A stretch of 64,000 bases of DNA from Gammaproteobacteria bacterium (lineage in GTDB: Bacteria; Pseudomonadota; Gammaproteobacteria; HK1): assembly GCA_965222535.1 (NCBI GenBank), contig OZ244957.1:1539550-1603549 (forward strand). Reading direction: 5' to 3'. Positions 37,650 through 47,957 of this stretch are shown one piece after another. The translations under genes and the position numbers were made by a program. The notes under the pieces are model-generated. The model was not told where the DNA came from. It was given only the letters and a program-made list of their open reading frames with translations, and did no database searches. The stretch's first letter is position 1, and every line of letters starts with the position of its first letter.

Positions 37650-39560
37650 ATGACTTCGCCCATGGCTGCCCCAACCGCCCCGTGGTCAGATGCTACCGAG
37701 AACGACAGGATCGATCGGCTTAGGCGCGATATCGCCGCCACCGGTCGCGCTTTGTCGCATAACGCAGCGTTGGATTTGCAGTTCTTGGTTCAGGATGCAC
37801 CGCCGCAGCACCACACACTGCGGCTGCAAAAACCAAAATGGCCGTTGCAACACCCGCAGGTCGATCGCATTCGTGGCGCAGTGGACGCGGTGGCACTGCA
37901 CCTCCTGCATCACGACGCCGCCATCCATGATCGCTACCGGCTGCAAGCTAGCGATGCCCAGCAGTTGTTTGATATCCTTGAGCAAACGCGCTGCGAAGCA
38001 CTAGGCGCACGGTATATGCTGGGGGTTCAGGGGAATCTTGGCAGTGCGCTGGCGTTTAGTCTGCAACAACAGGGGATCGATACAACTGCGTGCGATAAGG
38101 TCCCGTTGCCAGTAGTGATGCAACTACTCGCAAGTGAGGATTTATATCACTGCCGACCGTCATCAGCCGCTGCTGTGATCGACCACTGGCGTCCCAAGAT
38201 CGAGAGCAAGATCGGCGGATTGCTGGCGCAATTGCAACAGTCGGTTGCCGATCAGGCGAAATTTGCGCAGCTCTCACTCAGTGTGCTTGAGGGCTTGGGG
38301 TTTGTTATGCCCCCGCCCGTTAGCGATGACCTCGGCGCGGCATCCGACGATGCGCAGCCAGACGCTGACGAGAGCCGCAGCGGTGATAATAACGATGCCT
38401 TGGATCAGTGCCTTGATGAAGTCTTGGAGGCGGTTGATGGGAGCGCCGAAGAAGCCGCCGATACGCTCGCTGTAACGGTTCCTGACAGCTTCGATTCCAG
38501 CGCTAAGAAGGTTCCCGGCGAGGTCGCACCGCAACCGTTTGTAGCGCCGCGCAATGAGCCTGAAACCAGCCCCCCCCAGTATAAAATCTATACCACTGAA
38601 TTTGATCGTGTTGCCCCTGCCAATGAGCTATGCGAAGCAGCGGAACTGGCGCGTTTGCGCGGTTGCCTCGATCAACAATTGGCGGCTTTTTCGGGGGTTA
38701 CCAGTAAGCTCGCCAACCGCATGCAGCGGCAGTTGTTGACCCGGCAATTGCGCGCATGGGAATTCGATTTGGAGGAAGGCTATCTGGACACTAGCCGTTT
38801 GGCGCGGGTGATCGCTAACCCAACGCATGCGCTTTCTTACAAGATGGAGCAGGAAACCAGCTTTCGCGATACCGTGGTGGCGCTGCTGATCGACAACTCT
38901 GGTTCAATGCGCGGGCGCCCGATCTCCATCGCTGCGATAACCGCCGATATCCTAGTGCGCACCCTTGAACGTTGTGGCGTGAAAACCGAGATCCTGGGTT
39001 TTACTACCTGTGCTTGGAAAGGTGGTAAGACGCGCGAACGCTGGTTGCTTGAAGGCAAACCAGCGAATGCCGGGAGGCTCAATGATTTACTGCATATCAT
39101 CTACAAATCAGCCGATATGCCGTGGCGCCGCGTACGTAACAACCTGGGTCTGATGCAACGCGAGGGAATGCTCAAAGAAAACATTGATGGCGAAGCGCTG
39201 CTGTGGGCGCATGAGCGATTGCTCCGTCGGCCTGAGCAGCGGCGCATCCTGATGGTGATCAGCGATGGTGCGCCGGTCGATGATTCCACTTTGTCCACCA
39301 ACCCCAGCAGCTATCTTGATCGCCACTTGCGCGAGGTTATCAGCACCATCCAGAATCAGCGATGCGTCGAGCTACTGGCTATCGGTATCGGGCACGATGT
39401 CACCCGCTACTACAAACGTGCGGTGACGTTAGTCAACGCCGAAGAGCTGGGTGGCGCAGTGATAGAGCAGCTGGTAACCCTGTTCGATAACGATTGGGAA
39501 CAGCGCAACAGGCGGCGCCAAAGGCACTTGCCCGCCACCCCATTGTCACAGCGCGCCTGA
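37650..39560 (+). CDS. cobT: CobT-like vWA-domain protein (aerobic cobaltochelatase CobT family)
   Basis: Acidic central region, then the vWA MIDAS motif [19 protein letters not shown], and the [11 protein letters not shown] pattern typical of CobT. Confidence 0.75.
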   Translation: MTSPMAAPTAPWSDATENDRIDRLRRDIAATGRALSHNAALDLQFLVQDAPPQHHTLRLQKPKWPLQHPQVDRIRGAVDAVALHLLHHDAAIHDRYRLQASDAQQLFDILEQTRCEALGARYMLGVQGNLGSALAFSLQQQGIDTTACDKVPLPVVMQLLASEDLYHCRPSSAAAVIDHWRPKIESKIGGLLAQLQQSVADQAKFAQLSLSVLEGLGFVMPPPVSDDLGAASDDAQPDADESRSGDNNDALDQCLDEVLEAVDGSAEEAADTLAVTVPDSFDSSAKKVPGEVAPQPFVAPRNEPETSPPQYKIYTTEFDRVAPANELCEAAELARLRGCLDQQLAAFSGVTSKLANRMQRQLLTRQLRAWEFDLEEGYLDTSRLARVIANPTHALSYKMEQETSFRDTVVALLIDNSGSMRGRPISIAAITADILVRTLERCGVKTEILGFTTCAWKGGKTRERWLLEGKPANAGRLNDLLHIIYKSADMPWRRVRNNLGLMQREGMLKENIDGEALLWAHERLLRRPEQRRILMVISDGAPVDDSTLSTNPSSYLDRHLREVISTIQNQRCVELLAIGIGHDVTRYYKRAVTLVNAEELGGAVIEQLVTLFDNDWEQRNRRRQRHLPATPLSQRA

Positions 39561-39671
39561 TCTGTCAGAAGGCCATGCAAAACTGGCCTGACGATACTCC
39601 CTAGGAGTTCTCAAAAGCACTCTCGCCATGCGGGATGTGACGAGTTCCCCGCAAAGCGCTTAGTACGCATC

Positions 39672-40436
39672 ATGAGCCCAGTTTACGTTATATCACTCAA
39701 ATGGCAAACGGCGCTGCGCGAGCGCCTTAAAGCGCGATTGGAGTCGCTGGGGATTGAGCACGAGATTGTCGATGCGCTCGATGGCGCAACCATTGAGCCG
39801 TCGCAGTATGCCCACCGGTTACAGGATCAGCCAACCGCCGTGCTGCGCGGAGAAGGATTAACTCGAGGTGAAATTGCTTGCTATCTGAGTCATTATCGGT
39901 TGTGGGGCAGGATCGCTGACGAAGGCATCCAACACGCTGTTATCCTTGAAGATGATGCCGTCTTAGCAGACGATTTCCGGGATATCATTGAAGCCTTACC
40001 CAACCTCGGCTGGTATTGGGATATCGTACGCATGTCGGCTACCCAGCCATGCAAAATCACGCGGGTATTGTGCCCGGTGGTGCGCAACCGGATACTGGTG
40101 CGTTACCGTGAGCCAGTATGGGGCGCGGTAGCGTATGCAATAACGTTGAACGCGACCAAGGTGCTGCGCGATTATTGTTATGTGATGCGACAACCCATCG
40201 ATATGGCGTACGAGGAGTGGTGGAAAGCCGGGCTGCATTTTTTTGCGGTTCAACCACCAGCCGTCAGGTTCACAACCGAACACAGTGCGCTTGAGGAAGA
40301 ACGCAATGCCACCTGGAGCAGAACCGATTTCTCGCCTCGCTACTTGGCGCAAGTCCGCCGGCAGGAAAGGCTTCGTTCAGCTCAGCGCTACTGGTGGGGA
40401 TTCCTCCATCCGCCTAAGAGGATCCGCTGCCCATGA
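39672..40436 (+). CDS. glycosyltransferase family 25 (LPS/LOS beta-1,4-galactosyltransferase-like), copy 1
   Basis: VYVISLKWQTALRERLKARL, LTRGEIACYLSHYRLW and VILEDDAVL are GT25 hallmarks. Confidence 0.8.
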   Translation: MSPVYVISLKWQTALRERLKARLESLGIEHEIVDALDGATIEPSQYAHRLQDQPTAVLRGEGLTRGEIACYLSHYRLWGRIADEGIQHAVILEDDAVLADDFRDIIEALPNLGWYWDIVRMSATQPCKITRVLCPVVRNRILVRYREPVWGAVAYAITLNATKVLRDYCYVMRQPIDMAYEEWWKAGLHFFAVQPPAVRFTTEHSALEEERNATWSRTDFSPRYLAQVRRQERLRSAQRYWWGFLHPPKRIRCP

Positions 40437-40608
40437 GCGGCAACGCAGCGCCCCCCGCTGATCCCCGCGCAAGTTGGGGTCGGTAAGGCCGGTATGAGAT
40501 GCTTGGCTGTGCTGTGCTGTGTTGCGGTGTGCTGGCGGCGCGCTGGCGGTGCGCTGAGAGCCCACAGGCGTTAGCGGTCAGCGCCAATTATTAGCCATCG
40601 GTTTACCC

Positions 40609-41364
40609 ATGCCCCCGGTTTACGTTATATCCCTCAAATGGCAAACGGCGCTGCGCGAGCGCATTAAAGCGCGATTGGAGGCGTTGGGGATTGAGCACGA
40701 GATTGTCGATGCGGTCGATGGCACAACACTGGATCTGTCGCAATACGCTGATCGTTTAGATGATCGCAAGATCATTAAACTGCGCCAACAAGGGCTGACC
40801 CGCAGTGAGATTGGATGTTATCTGAGCCATTATGGTATGTGGCAGCGGGTCATCGCCGATGGTTCCCCGTACGCTGTTGTTCTTGAAGACGACGCCCTCC
40901 TGGCGGACGATTTCCCGGCTGTCATTGCCGCGTTGTCCAGCATCGGCTGGTACTGGGATGTGGTGCGACTGTCTGCCACCCAGTCGTGCACAGTCACGCG
41001 GGTGTTGTGTCCGATTGGGCGCAACCGCGTACTGGCGCGCTACCGCGATCCAGTATGGGGATCGGTAGCCTATGCAATAACGCTGCATGGCGCGCGGGTG
41101 TTGCGCGATTATTGTTACCTTATACAACAACCGATCGATATGGCGTACGAGGAATGGTGGATATCTGGACTGCATTTTTTCGCGGTGCAACCGTCTGTCG
41201 TCGATTTCTCAACGCAGCATAGCGTTCTTGATGCAGATCGAACGGCCGCTTGGCGGGAAACCCGCTATCCACTCCATCGGCGCGCGAAAAGCTTCCTGAG
41301 GCGCAGGTTCAGCCTTGTTCAGCGTTACCTGTGGGGGCAGCGCAATCCCCCCAGAAGGGTTTAG
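40609..41364 (+). CDS. glycosyltransferase family 25, copy 2 (tandem paralog)
   Basis: About 70-75% aa identity to copy 1 across the full length (VYVISLKWQTALRERIKARL..., VVLEDDALL). Confidence 0.8.
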   Translation: MPPVYVISLKWQTALRERIKARLEALGIEHEIVDAVDGTTLDLSQYADRLDDRKIIKLRQQGLTRSEIGCYLSHYGMWQRVIADGSPYAVVLEDDALLADDFPAVIAALSSIGWYWDVVRLSATQSCTVTRVLCPIGRNRVLARYRDPVWGSVAYAITLHGARVLRDYCYLIQQPIDMAYEEWWISGLHFFAVQPSVVDFSTQHSVLDADRTAAWRETRYPLHRRAKSFLRRRFSLVQRYLWGQRNPPRRV

Positions 41365-41387
41365 CGCCGCCCACCAATCACAGCGCG

Positions 41388-41493
41388 GCTTATCTATTGG
41401 AGGAATGGGTATAAATCAACGGCTTACGCTACAGATGAATGCCCCTTCCCTTCCCCCCATCCCTCCATCCCATTGAGGTTTTTCGAGGTCCCC
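41388..41493. repeat. family-A MITE-like element (short form)
   Basis: gcttatctattggaggaatgggtataaatcaacgg...gccccttcccttcccc...ttgaggtttttcgaggtcccc. Confidence 0.85.
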
Positions 41494-41500
41494 TAGCGTG

Positions 41501-44212
41501 ATGACTGATAGCGAAACCGCTATGAACGCAAAAACCGAACTTGTTGATCTTGATCCATTGGAAACCGCGGAATGGATCGCATCGATTCAGGCGGTGCTTG
41601 AACGCGATGGGCCGGAAAGGGCGCATCGGTTGCTGGAACGCTTGATCGATCATACCCGCCGCACTGGGGTGCATATCCCCTATTCGCCTAACACCGCATA
41701 CCTCAACACCATCCCCGAGACAGCGGCGGAGCATACCCCCGGCGATCCAGCACTTGAGCGGCGTATTCGCTCCCTAGTGCGCTGGAATGCGTTGGCAATG
41801 GTGGTGCAGGCGAATCGCAAAGCACACGGTTTAGGGGGGCATATCGCCAGCTTCGCTTCCGCCGCTACGCTTTACGATGTCGGCTTTAATCACTTCTGGC
41901 ATGCCCCAAGCGCTACCCACGGTGGCGATATGATCTACATTCAGGGGCATTCCGCGCCTGGCATTTACGCCCGCGCCTACTTGGAGGGGCGGATCAGCGA
42001 AGAGCAACTGCATTCCTTCCGTCAGGAAGTGGGGTGCGACGGTTTATCCTCCTACCCGCACCCTTGGTTGATGCCCGATTTTTGGCAGTTTCCCACTGTG
42101 TCGATGGGGCTTGGACCGATCATGGCGATTTACCAAGCGCGTTTTATGCGCTACCTGCAACACCGCCGTATCCTCAACACCGAGGGGCGCAAGGTCTGGG
42201 CTTTTATGGGAGACGGCGAGATGGACGAACCGGAATCCTTAGGCGCGATCACGCTGGCCTCGCGGGAATCGCTGGATAATCTGATTTTTGTGATCAACTG
42301 CAACCTGCAGCGACTGGACGGGCCGGTGCGCGGTAATGGCAAAATCATCCAGGAGTTAGAAGCAGCGTTCCGCGGTGCCGGTTGGAATGTCATCAAAGTC
42401 ATCTGGGGATCGTATTGGGATCCATTGCTGCACCTCGATACCAGTGGCCAGTTGCGCAAACGCATGGAAGAAGCGGTGGACGGCGAATACCAGGCATGCA
42501 AGGCTAAGGGAGGGGCTTATACGCGCGAGCATTTTTTTGGCAAATATCCGAAGCTGAAGCAGCTGGTATCCAATCTGACCGACGAAGACATCTGGCGCCT
42601 GAACCGCGGCGGTCATGATCCGCACAAGGTATATGCCGCGTATGCAGTAGCGGCCAAGCACCGTGGGCAACCAACGGTGATCCTGGTCAAAACCGTCAAG
42701 GGCTACGGCATGGGCGAGGCCGGTGAAGGACAGAACATCACTCATCAACAGAAGAAAATAGGCGAAGCGGCACTGAAGGCGTTCCGCGATCGCTTTGATG
42801 TTCCGATATCCGATGACGCCATCGCCGAAGCGCCGTTTTATCGCCCCCCAGAAGACAGCGCTGAGATCCAATACCTCAAGCAACGGCGCCAGGCTCTGGG
42901 CGGCTACCTGCCGGCGCGCTACCCGAGCGCTGAGCGCCTGAAGATCCCTGAACTCCAAGCGTTTGCAGCGATGCTGGCAGGCTCTGGAAAGCGTGCATTT
43001 TCCACCACAATGGCGTTTGTGCGCATCTTGTCAACCTTGGCGCGCGATGCTGCTATCGGTCAGCGCGTGGTGCCCATTGTTCCCGATGAGGCGCGCACCT
43101 TCGGCATGGAGGGCCTATTTCGCCAATTGGGGATCTATGCTAACCGTGGGCAGCTCTACAAGCCGCAGGACGCCGAACAGTTGATGTTCTACCGCGAGGC
43201 CATTGATGGTCAGATTCTCGAAGAGGGGATCAATGAAGCGGGCGCGTTTTCGTCGTTTCTGGCAGCGGGCACTGCGTATGCCAATCATGGGGTGGCGATG
43301 ATCCCGTTCTATATTTTTTACTCGATGTTTGGTTTTCAGCGAATCGGCGATCTGGCCTGGGCGGCGGCGGACAGCCAGACGCGTGGGTTTTTGCTCGGCG
43401 GCACCTCGGGGCGTACGACCCTTGCGGGCGAAGGCTTGCAGCACAACGACGGGCATAGCCATATCCTAGCGGCCACGATCCCCAACTGCATCTCCTACGA
43501 CCCGACCTACGCTTATGAATTGGCGGTTATTATCCATGATGGGCTGCGCCGCATGCTGCATCAGCAGGAAAATGTGTTTTACTACATCACGCTGACCAAT
43601 GAAAGCTACCCCCATCCCGCGCTGCCGGCGGGATGCGAGGCCGGCATCGTGCGCGGGATGTACTTGCTGCAACCGGCAGCCGCTGCGGATGGCAATGAAA
43701 CCCTTGGCGAAGCGCGAGCGCAGGTGCGCTTGCTGGGTAGCGGCGCGATTCTGCTCGAAGTCGTCGAAGCCGCCAAGCGGTTGCGCGAGGATTTCGCGAT
43801 CAGCGCCGAGGTCTGGAGTGTGACCAGCTTCACCGAGCTGTATCGGGATGGCATGGCGGTTGAGCGTTGGAACCGTCTGCACCCACAGCAACCGCAACGC
43901 TGCTGTTATGTACAGCAATGCCTAGCAGCAACGCCGGCACCGGTGGTCGCCGCATCGGATTATATGCGCCTGTTTGCTGAACAAATTCGCCCGTTTATAG
44001 CAGGCCGCTATGTGGTCCTCGGCACCGATGGTTTCGGTCGCAGCGATACGCGCGAAAACCTGCGCCGCTTTTTTGAGATTGACTGCTGCTATATCGTGAT
44101 CGCCGCATTACGCGCGCTGGCTGACGAGGGCGTCATCGAGCTTGCCGTGGTGTCGGTCGCGCTTGCCCGTTACCGTATTGACGCTGAGCTGCCGCCGCCA
44201 TGGACGGTATGA
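41501..44212 (+). CDS. aceE: pyruvate dehydrogenase E1 component
   Basis: DLDPLETAEWIASIQAVLERDGPERAHRLLERLID aligns with the AceE N-terminus. About 900 aa with TPP-binding region GDGEMDEPES. The start is ambiguous: 41498, 41501 or 41522. Confidence 0.93.
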   Translation: MTDSETAMNAKTELVDLDPLETAEWIASIQAVLERDGPERAHRLLERLIDHTRRTGVHIPYSPNTAYLNTIPETAAEHTPGDPALERRIRSLVRWNALAMVVQANRKAHGLGGHIASFASAATLYDVGFNHFWHAPSATHGGDMIYIQGHSAPGIYARAYLEGRISEEQLHSFRQEVGCDGLSSYPHPWLMPDFWQFPTVSMGLGPIMAIYQARFMRYLQHRRILNTEGRKVWAFMGDGEMDEPESLGAITLASRESLDNLIFVINCNLQRLDGPVRGNGKIIQELEAAFRGAGWNVIKVIWGSYWDPLLHLDTSGQLRKRMEEAVDGEYQACKAKGGAYTREHFFGKYPKLKQLVSNLTDEDIWRLNRGGHDPHKVYAAYAVAAKHRGQPTVILVKTVKGYGMGEAGEGQNITHQQKKIGEAALKAFRDRFDVPISDDAIAEAPFYRPPEDSAEIQYLKQRRQALGGYLPARYPSAERLKIPELQAFAAMLAGSGKRAFSTTMAFVRILSTLARDAAIGQRVVPIVPDEARTFGMEGLFRQLGIYANRGQLYKPQDAEQLMFYREAIDGQILEEGINEAGAFSSFLAAGTAYANHGVAMIPFYIFYSMFGFQRIGDLAWAAADSQTRGFLLGGTSGRTTLAGEGLQHNDGHSHILAATIPNCISYDPTYAYELAVIIHDGLRRMLHQQENVFYYITLTNESYPHPALPAGCEAGIVRGMYLLQPAAAADGNETLGEARAQVRLLGSGAILLEVVEAAKRLREDFAISAEVWSVTSFTELYRDGMAVERWNRLHPQQPQRCCYVQQCLAATPAPVVAASDYMRLFAEQIRPFIAGRYVVLGTDGFGRSDTRENLRRFFEIDCCYIVIAALRALADEGVIELAVVSVALARYRIDAELPPPWTV

Positions 44213-44318
44213 GCCCTGCTGCGGCTTCAAGCACAACCGGGCGTTCGCCGCTCGTGCGCCGCCGCCAAGCGGATAATGGCTGACAACCACTAGCCCCCTC
44301 GGATAATGAATAACCTCA

Positions 44319-45968
44319 ATGCCTGCCCTGATCGAAGTCGTCATCCCCGATATAGGTGATATCAGCGCGGCGGTGGTGAGCGAGATCGCCGTTGCTGAAG
44401 GCGCGCAGGTGACCCGCGACACCACGCTGGTGGTGCTCGAAAGCGACAAGACCGCGATAGAAATTCCAGCTTCAGTGGCCGGTACGGTACACGCGATCGG
44501 TGTTGCGCTTGGCGACAGCGTGAGCACTGGTACGGTAGTGGCACTGATTGCTGCCACAGCACCAGCACCAGCGTCAGCACCAGCACCAGCGCCCGCCGTA
44601 CCCGAGGAAGCCCCTGCCCTGATCGAAGTCGCTATCCCCGATATAGGTGATATCAGCGCGGCGGTGGTGAGCGAGATCGCCGTTGCTGAAGGCGCGCAGG
44701 TGACCCGCGACACCACGCTGGTGGTGCTCGAAAGCGACAAGACCGCGATAGAAATTCCAGCTTCAGTGGCCGGTACGGTACACGCGATCGGTGTTGCGCT
44801 TGGCGACAGCGTGAGCACTGGTACGGTAGTGGCACTGATTGCTGCCACAGCACCAGCATCAGCGTCAGCACCAGTATCAGCACCTGCATCTACGGCGCAA
44901 CCCGGCGACGACCCAATCGCCGTTCCACCGACCGCAGCATCGCTTACAGGTGCGCTCAAAATCCATTACGCAAGGCAACCGCAACCGCAACCGCCGCCCG
45001 GGGCGCATCTGGCCCTGCCTCCAGCACCTGCCTTGTTGCCTTATGCGACTCCAGAAGTATACCGCTATGCCCGCCAACTGGGTGTTGATGTGGCGCACGT
45101 GTCTGGCAGCGGTCGCCAGCAGCGCATCCTGCGTGAGGATATCAATAACCATGTCAAACAACGGCTTGTAAGCACATCCTCGGAATCATCAGCGCGCCCG
45201 ACTGAAAATCGCCCGTCCGCGTCCGCATCCGCGTCAGTGCCAGCCGTTGATGCGGCGCGCTGGGGTGCTGTGGAATCTCGACCGTTACCGCGCATCAAAG
45301 TTATTTCAGGGCAAGTGCTGACTGAGTCGTGGCGGACGATTCCACATGTAACACACCATGACGAGGCCGATATAACGGCTTTGGAAACCTTCCGCAAGGC
45401 CGCCCGCGCATCGCTGCAAGCCATGGGCGAGGGACGTTTAAGCTTACTGCCGTTTATTACCAAAGCCTTGGCGCTGACGGTCAGGGCCTATCCGTTGTTC
45501 AACACCAGCCTAGCCGCCGATGGGCGTCAGTTGCATTGGCGTCAAGCGCTGCATATCGGCATCGCTGTTGATACCGCTGAGGGGCTGGTGGTGCCGGTGC
45601 TGCGTGATGTCGTTCAACGGTGCGTGCGCGACATCGCGCAGCAAATCGAGGCGCTGAGCGCTAAAGCACGCGATGGCAAGCTGCGCCTAGAAGAGATCCA
45701 GGACGCTGGAATCACAATATCGTCACTGGGTGGGATCGGCGGGGTCGCGTTCACGCCCATCATTAACCCGCCGCAAGTCGCCATCTTAGGCGTATCACAG
45801 GCAAAAACCGCTGCAGTGTGGGATGAAGCGGCACGCACATTTACGCCTAAGCGGATGCTGCCATTGAGTCTGTCCTATGACCACCGTGTCATTGATGGTG
45901 CTGAAGCGGCGCGCTTCATGGTACGCCTGAGACAAATTCTGAGCACTGAAGTGGCAACGCTTGATTGA
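44319..45968 (+). CDS. aceF: dihydrolipoamide acetyltransferase (E2) with two lipoyl domains
   Basis: Two LESDKTAIEIPA lipoyl-lysine domains, Ala/Pro linkers, a peripheral subunit-binding domain (ATPEVYRYARQLGVD), and a catalytic domain ending DHRVIDGAEAARF. Confidence 0.93.
   Translation: MPALIEVVIPDIGDISAAVVSEIAVAEGAQVTRDTTLVVLESDKTAIEIPASVAGTVHAIGVALGDSVSTGTVVALIAATAPAPASAPAPAPAVPEEAPALIEVAIPDIGDISAAVVSEIAVAEGAQVTRDTTLVVLESDKTAIEIPASVAGTVHAIGVALGDSVSTGTVVALIAATAPASASAPVSAPASTAQPGDDPIAVPPTAASLTGALKIHYARQPQPQPPPGAHLALPPAPALLPYATPEVYRYARQLGVDVAHVSGSGRQQRILREDINNHVKQRLVSTSSESSARPTENRPSASASASVPAVDAARWGAVESRPLPRIKVISGQVLTESWRTIPHVTHHDEADITALETFRKAARASLQAMGEGRLSLLPFITKALALTVRAYPLFNTSLAADGRQLHWRQALHIGIAVDTAEGLVVPVLRDVVQRCVRDIAQQIEALSAKARDGKLRLEEIQDAGITISSLGGIGGVAFTPIINPPQVAILGVSQAKTAAVWDEAARTFTPKRMLPLSLSYDHRVIDGAEAARFMVRLRQILSTEVATLD
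44322..44875. repeat. 291-bp tandem duplication (two lipoyl-domain units, near-identical DNA)
   Basis: 44322-44584 and 44613-44875 differ at only a few positions. Confidence 0.9.
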
Positions 45969-45996
45969 TAGGTCGCAGGGCACCTCGAGAAACTAG

Positions 45997-46440
45997 GGAA
46001 CTTACGAATAAGGCTGATAGGATTTCGCACATTCGTGTAAAATGGTTATTCCCCCTCGAAGGAGCGCGCTTTTTGTCTGATTCTCAGCGTTGCCATGCCG
46101 ATTTTCCAACCTGTAGACATACTGCTCCTGCGTTGCAGCAACACGGCGCTCGGAGTATCTGTTCCATCCTGATAATATTCTGCTAAAGGGCACCACCAAT
46201 AGTTTTGGATTCAAGTTGTAAGTGCCATGGATTGCCTTTCTTGGTCTGGTGCATCTCGGGATATCGCCCATTGGTTTTGTTCTTGGTCGATGTGGGTGCT
46301 TCAATAATGGTAGCATCGTCATCAATGGGTATGGGCGATGGTCGTTATCTGCCTTGGGGTAGTACGGCTCAATCACTGCCGCTAGTTTCCCCCCATGGCA
46401 CAAGCTTTCCCATACGGCATGGAAACCTCTCTTTGCGGGT
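45997..46440 (-). pseudogene. IS5/InsH-like element remnant, distal part (internally deleted and frameshifted)
   Basis: The end ggaacttacgaataagg resembles the IS5 IR and is preceded by ctag. Minus-strand frames read [22 protein letters not shown] and [32 protein letters not shown], both InsH-like. Confidence 0.7.
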
Positions 46441-47827
46441 GAGCTATAGTCAAATCTGGTGTATGGGAAGATTGGATCAAGCGGCGGTCTGATTAAATTT
46501 TGTCACTTCAATACCATCTTTGAATGTCACTCCAGTGATGACTGCAGGCAGTGCCTCAAAGCCTCTCAAACGGTTCCATTTTTTCTCGGCACACTGGCCT
46601 AATTTGAATATCATGTGAAGCATTCCCTCACGAGAGAGGCAGCCTTTTGAGCGCCGCGTCCGATGTCGAATAGTGCCGAAACTCGATTCAATAGGGTTGG
46701 TGGTGCGGATGCTTTGCCAGTGTGGTGCGGGGAAATCATAGAAGGTTAGTAACGCGTGGCGGTCATTTCTCAAGCAGGCGGTTGCCTTTGGGTACTTTGC
46801 TTCGTAGGTTTTGAGAAACAGGCCAAACCCCTTCTCTGCTTCCTTTTTGGTGGCTGCCTGCCAGATTTCGTGTAGCGCTTGTTTGGCTTTTGGCTGACCT
46901 GATTGGGGGAAGCGGTTCAACACGTTGACCGTCTTGTGTACCCAGCAGCGCTGCTGGCGTGTCGTTGGGAATACCTCCTCAAGGGCTGCCCAGAACCCCA
47001 TAGCACCATCACCAATCCCTAATTCCGGGGCATCCAATCCGCGCGCTTTCCGCTTCAACAACACCTCCCGCCAGCTTTGCGTTGATTCTCTTACCCCATC
47101 CTCAATGGCCAGAAAGTGCTTCTGACCGCGCTCATTCACACCGATAACTACCAGTGCACACAGTTTCGCATTCTCGGCTCGAAGGCCACTGTAAATGCCA
47201 TCAGCCCAAATATAAACCCAGCGCGCATCATCCAATCTCTGTTGCATCCAGCACCGGTACTCATCAGCCCAACACTGCTTCAAGCGCGACACCGTGGTGG
47301 CTGACAAGCCCGCTGCATCCGGGCCCACCAGTACTTTCAGTGCTTCACTCATGTCACCCGTTGAGATGCCTTTTAGATACAGCCACGGCAGCGCCGCTTC
47401 CAGAGAGCGGGTTTTGCGAACATACGGTGGTACCAGCAGTGAGTGGAAAACCACTGGCTCTCCAGTCCGTGAGCGTACCTTCGGCACTCTCACAGAAACC
47501 GCGCCAACCCCGGTTTGTAGGGTGCGCTCCGGGAGGTAACCGTTACGCACCACCGCGGCATTGCCATCCTGTGTACGGCAATGCTCAAACTGCCGCAGCA
47601 ACTCGTGCAGCTCGGCGTCCACGGCTTGGTGAACCAACTGCTTCGCTCCCTGCAGCAGCAGTTCACTCAATGGGTCAAAGGGTTCCTCTACACCTCTTGG
47701 GGCAATTGCGTTATGCTTACTCATAGTGGCGACTCTCCTTAAGATTGATGGGTTTGTTCACAACTTCCAATCAATCAGAGTCGCCGCTCTTTTTCAACCC
47801 CTCATACACCACTTTCGGTTATAGCTC
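46441..47827 (-). mobile_element. intact IS256-family insertion sequence (1387 bp) with a 9-bp target-site duplication
   Basis: The imperfect terminal IRs GAGCTATAGTCAAATCTGGTGTATGGG and GAGCTATAACCGAAAGTGGTGTATGAG match at 21 of 27 positions. TTTGCGGGT occurs at 46432-46440 and again at 47828-47836. Confidence 0.9.
46477..47724 (-). CDS. IS256-family (mutator-type) transposase
   Basis: 415 aa. ELLRQFEHCRTQDGNAAVVRNGYLPERTLQTGVGAVSVRVPKVR, YIWADGIY, and the CWVHKTVNVLN pattern are typical of IS256 transposases. Confidence 0.93.
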   Translation of the reverse strand: MSKHNAIAPRGVEEPFDPLSELLLQGAKQLVHQAVDAELHELLRQFEHCRTQDGNAAVVRNGYLPERTLQTGVGAVSVRVPKVRSRTGEPVVFHSLLVPPYVRKTRSLEAALPWLYLKGISTGDMSEALKVLVGPDAAGLSATTVSRLKQCWADEYRCWMQQRLDDARWVYIWADGIYSGLRAENAKLCALVVIGVNERGQKHFLAIEDGVRESTQSWREVLLKRKARGLDAPELGIGDGAMGFWAALEEVFPTTRQQRCWVHKTVNVLNRFPQSGQPKAKQALHEIWQAATKKEAEKGFGLFLKTYEAKYPKATACLRNDRHALLTFYDFPAPHWQSIRTTNPIESSFGTIRHRTRRSKGCLSREGMLHMIFKLGQCAEKKWNRLRGFEALPAVITGVTFKDGIEVTKFNQTAA

Positions 47828-47940
47828 TTTGCGGGTTGGATGTCACTTGGAGTGATATTAACTATAGGCAAAACTCAGTTGGTGTTCCATCGTATAATCC
47901 TCTTAGAGCGGTATACTTCAGACTTTTATTCACGAATAAA
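47828..47940 (-). pseudogene. IS5/InsH-like element remnant, transposase-start part
   Basis: Minus-strand ATG 47890 reads MEHQLSFAYS then a stop (compare InsH MSHQLTFADSEF). It continues across the IS256 insertion into FHAVWESLCHGGKLAAVIEPYYPKA. Confidence 0.6.
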
Positions 47941-47957
47941 AATTAAGGTAAAAACAG

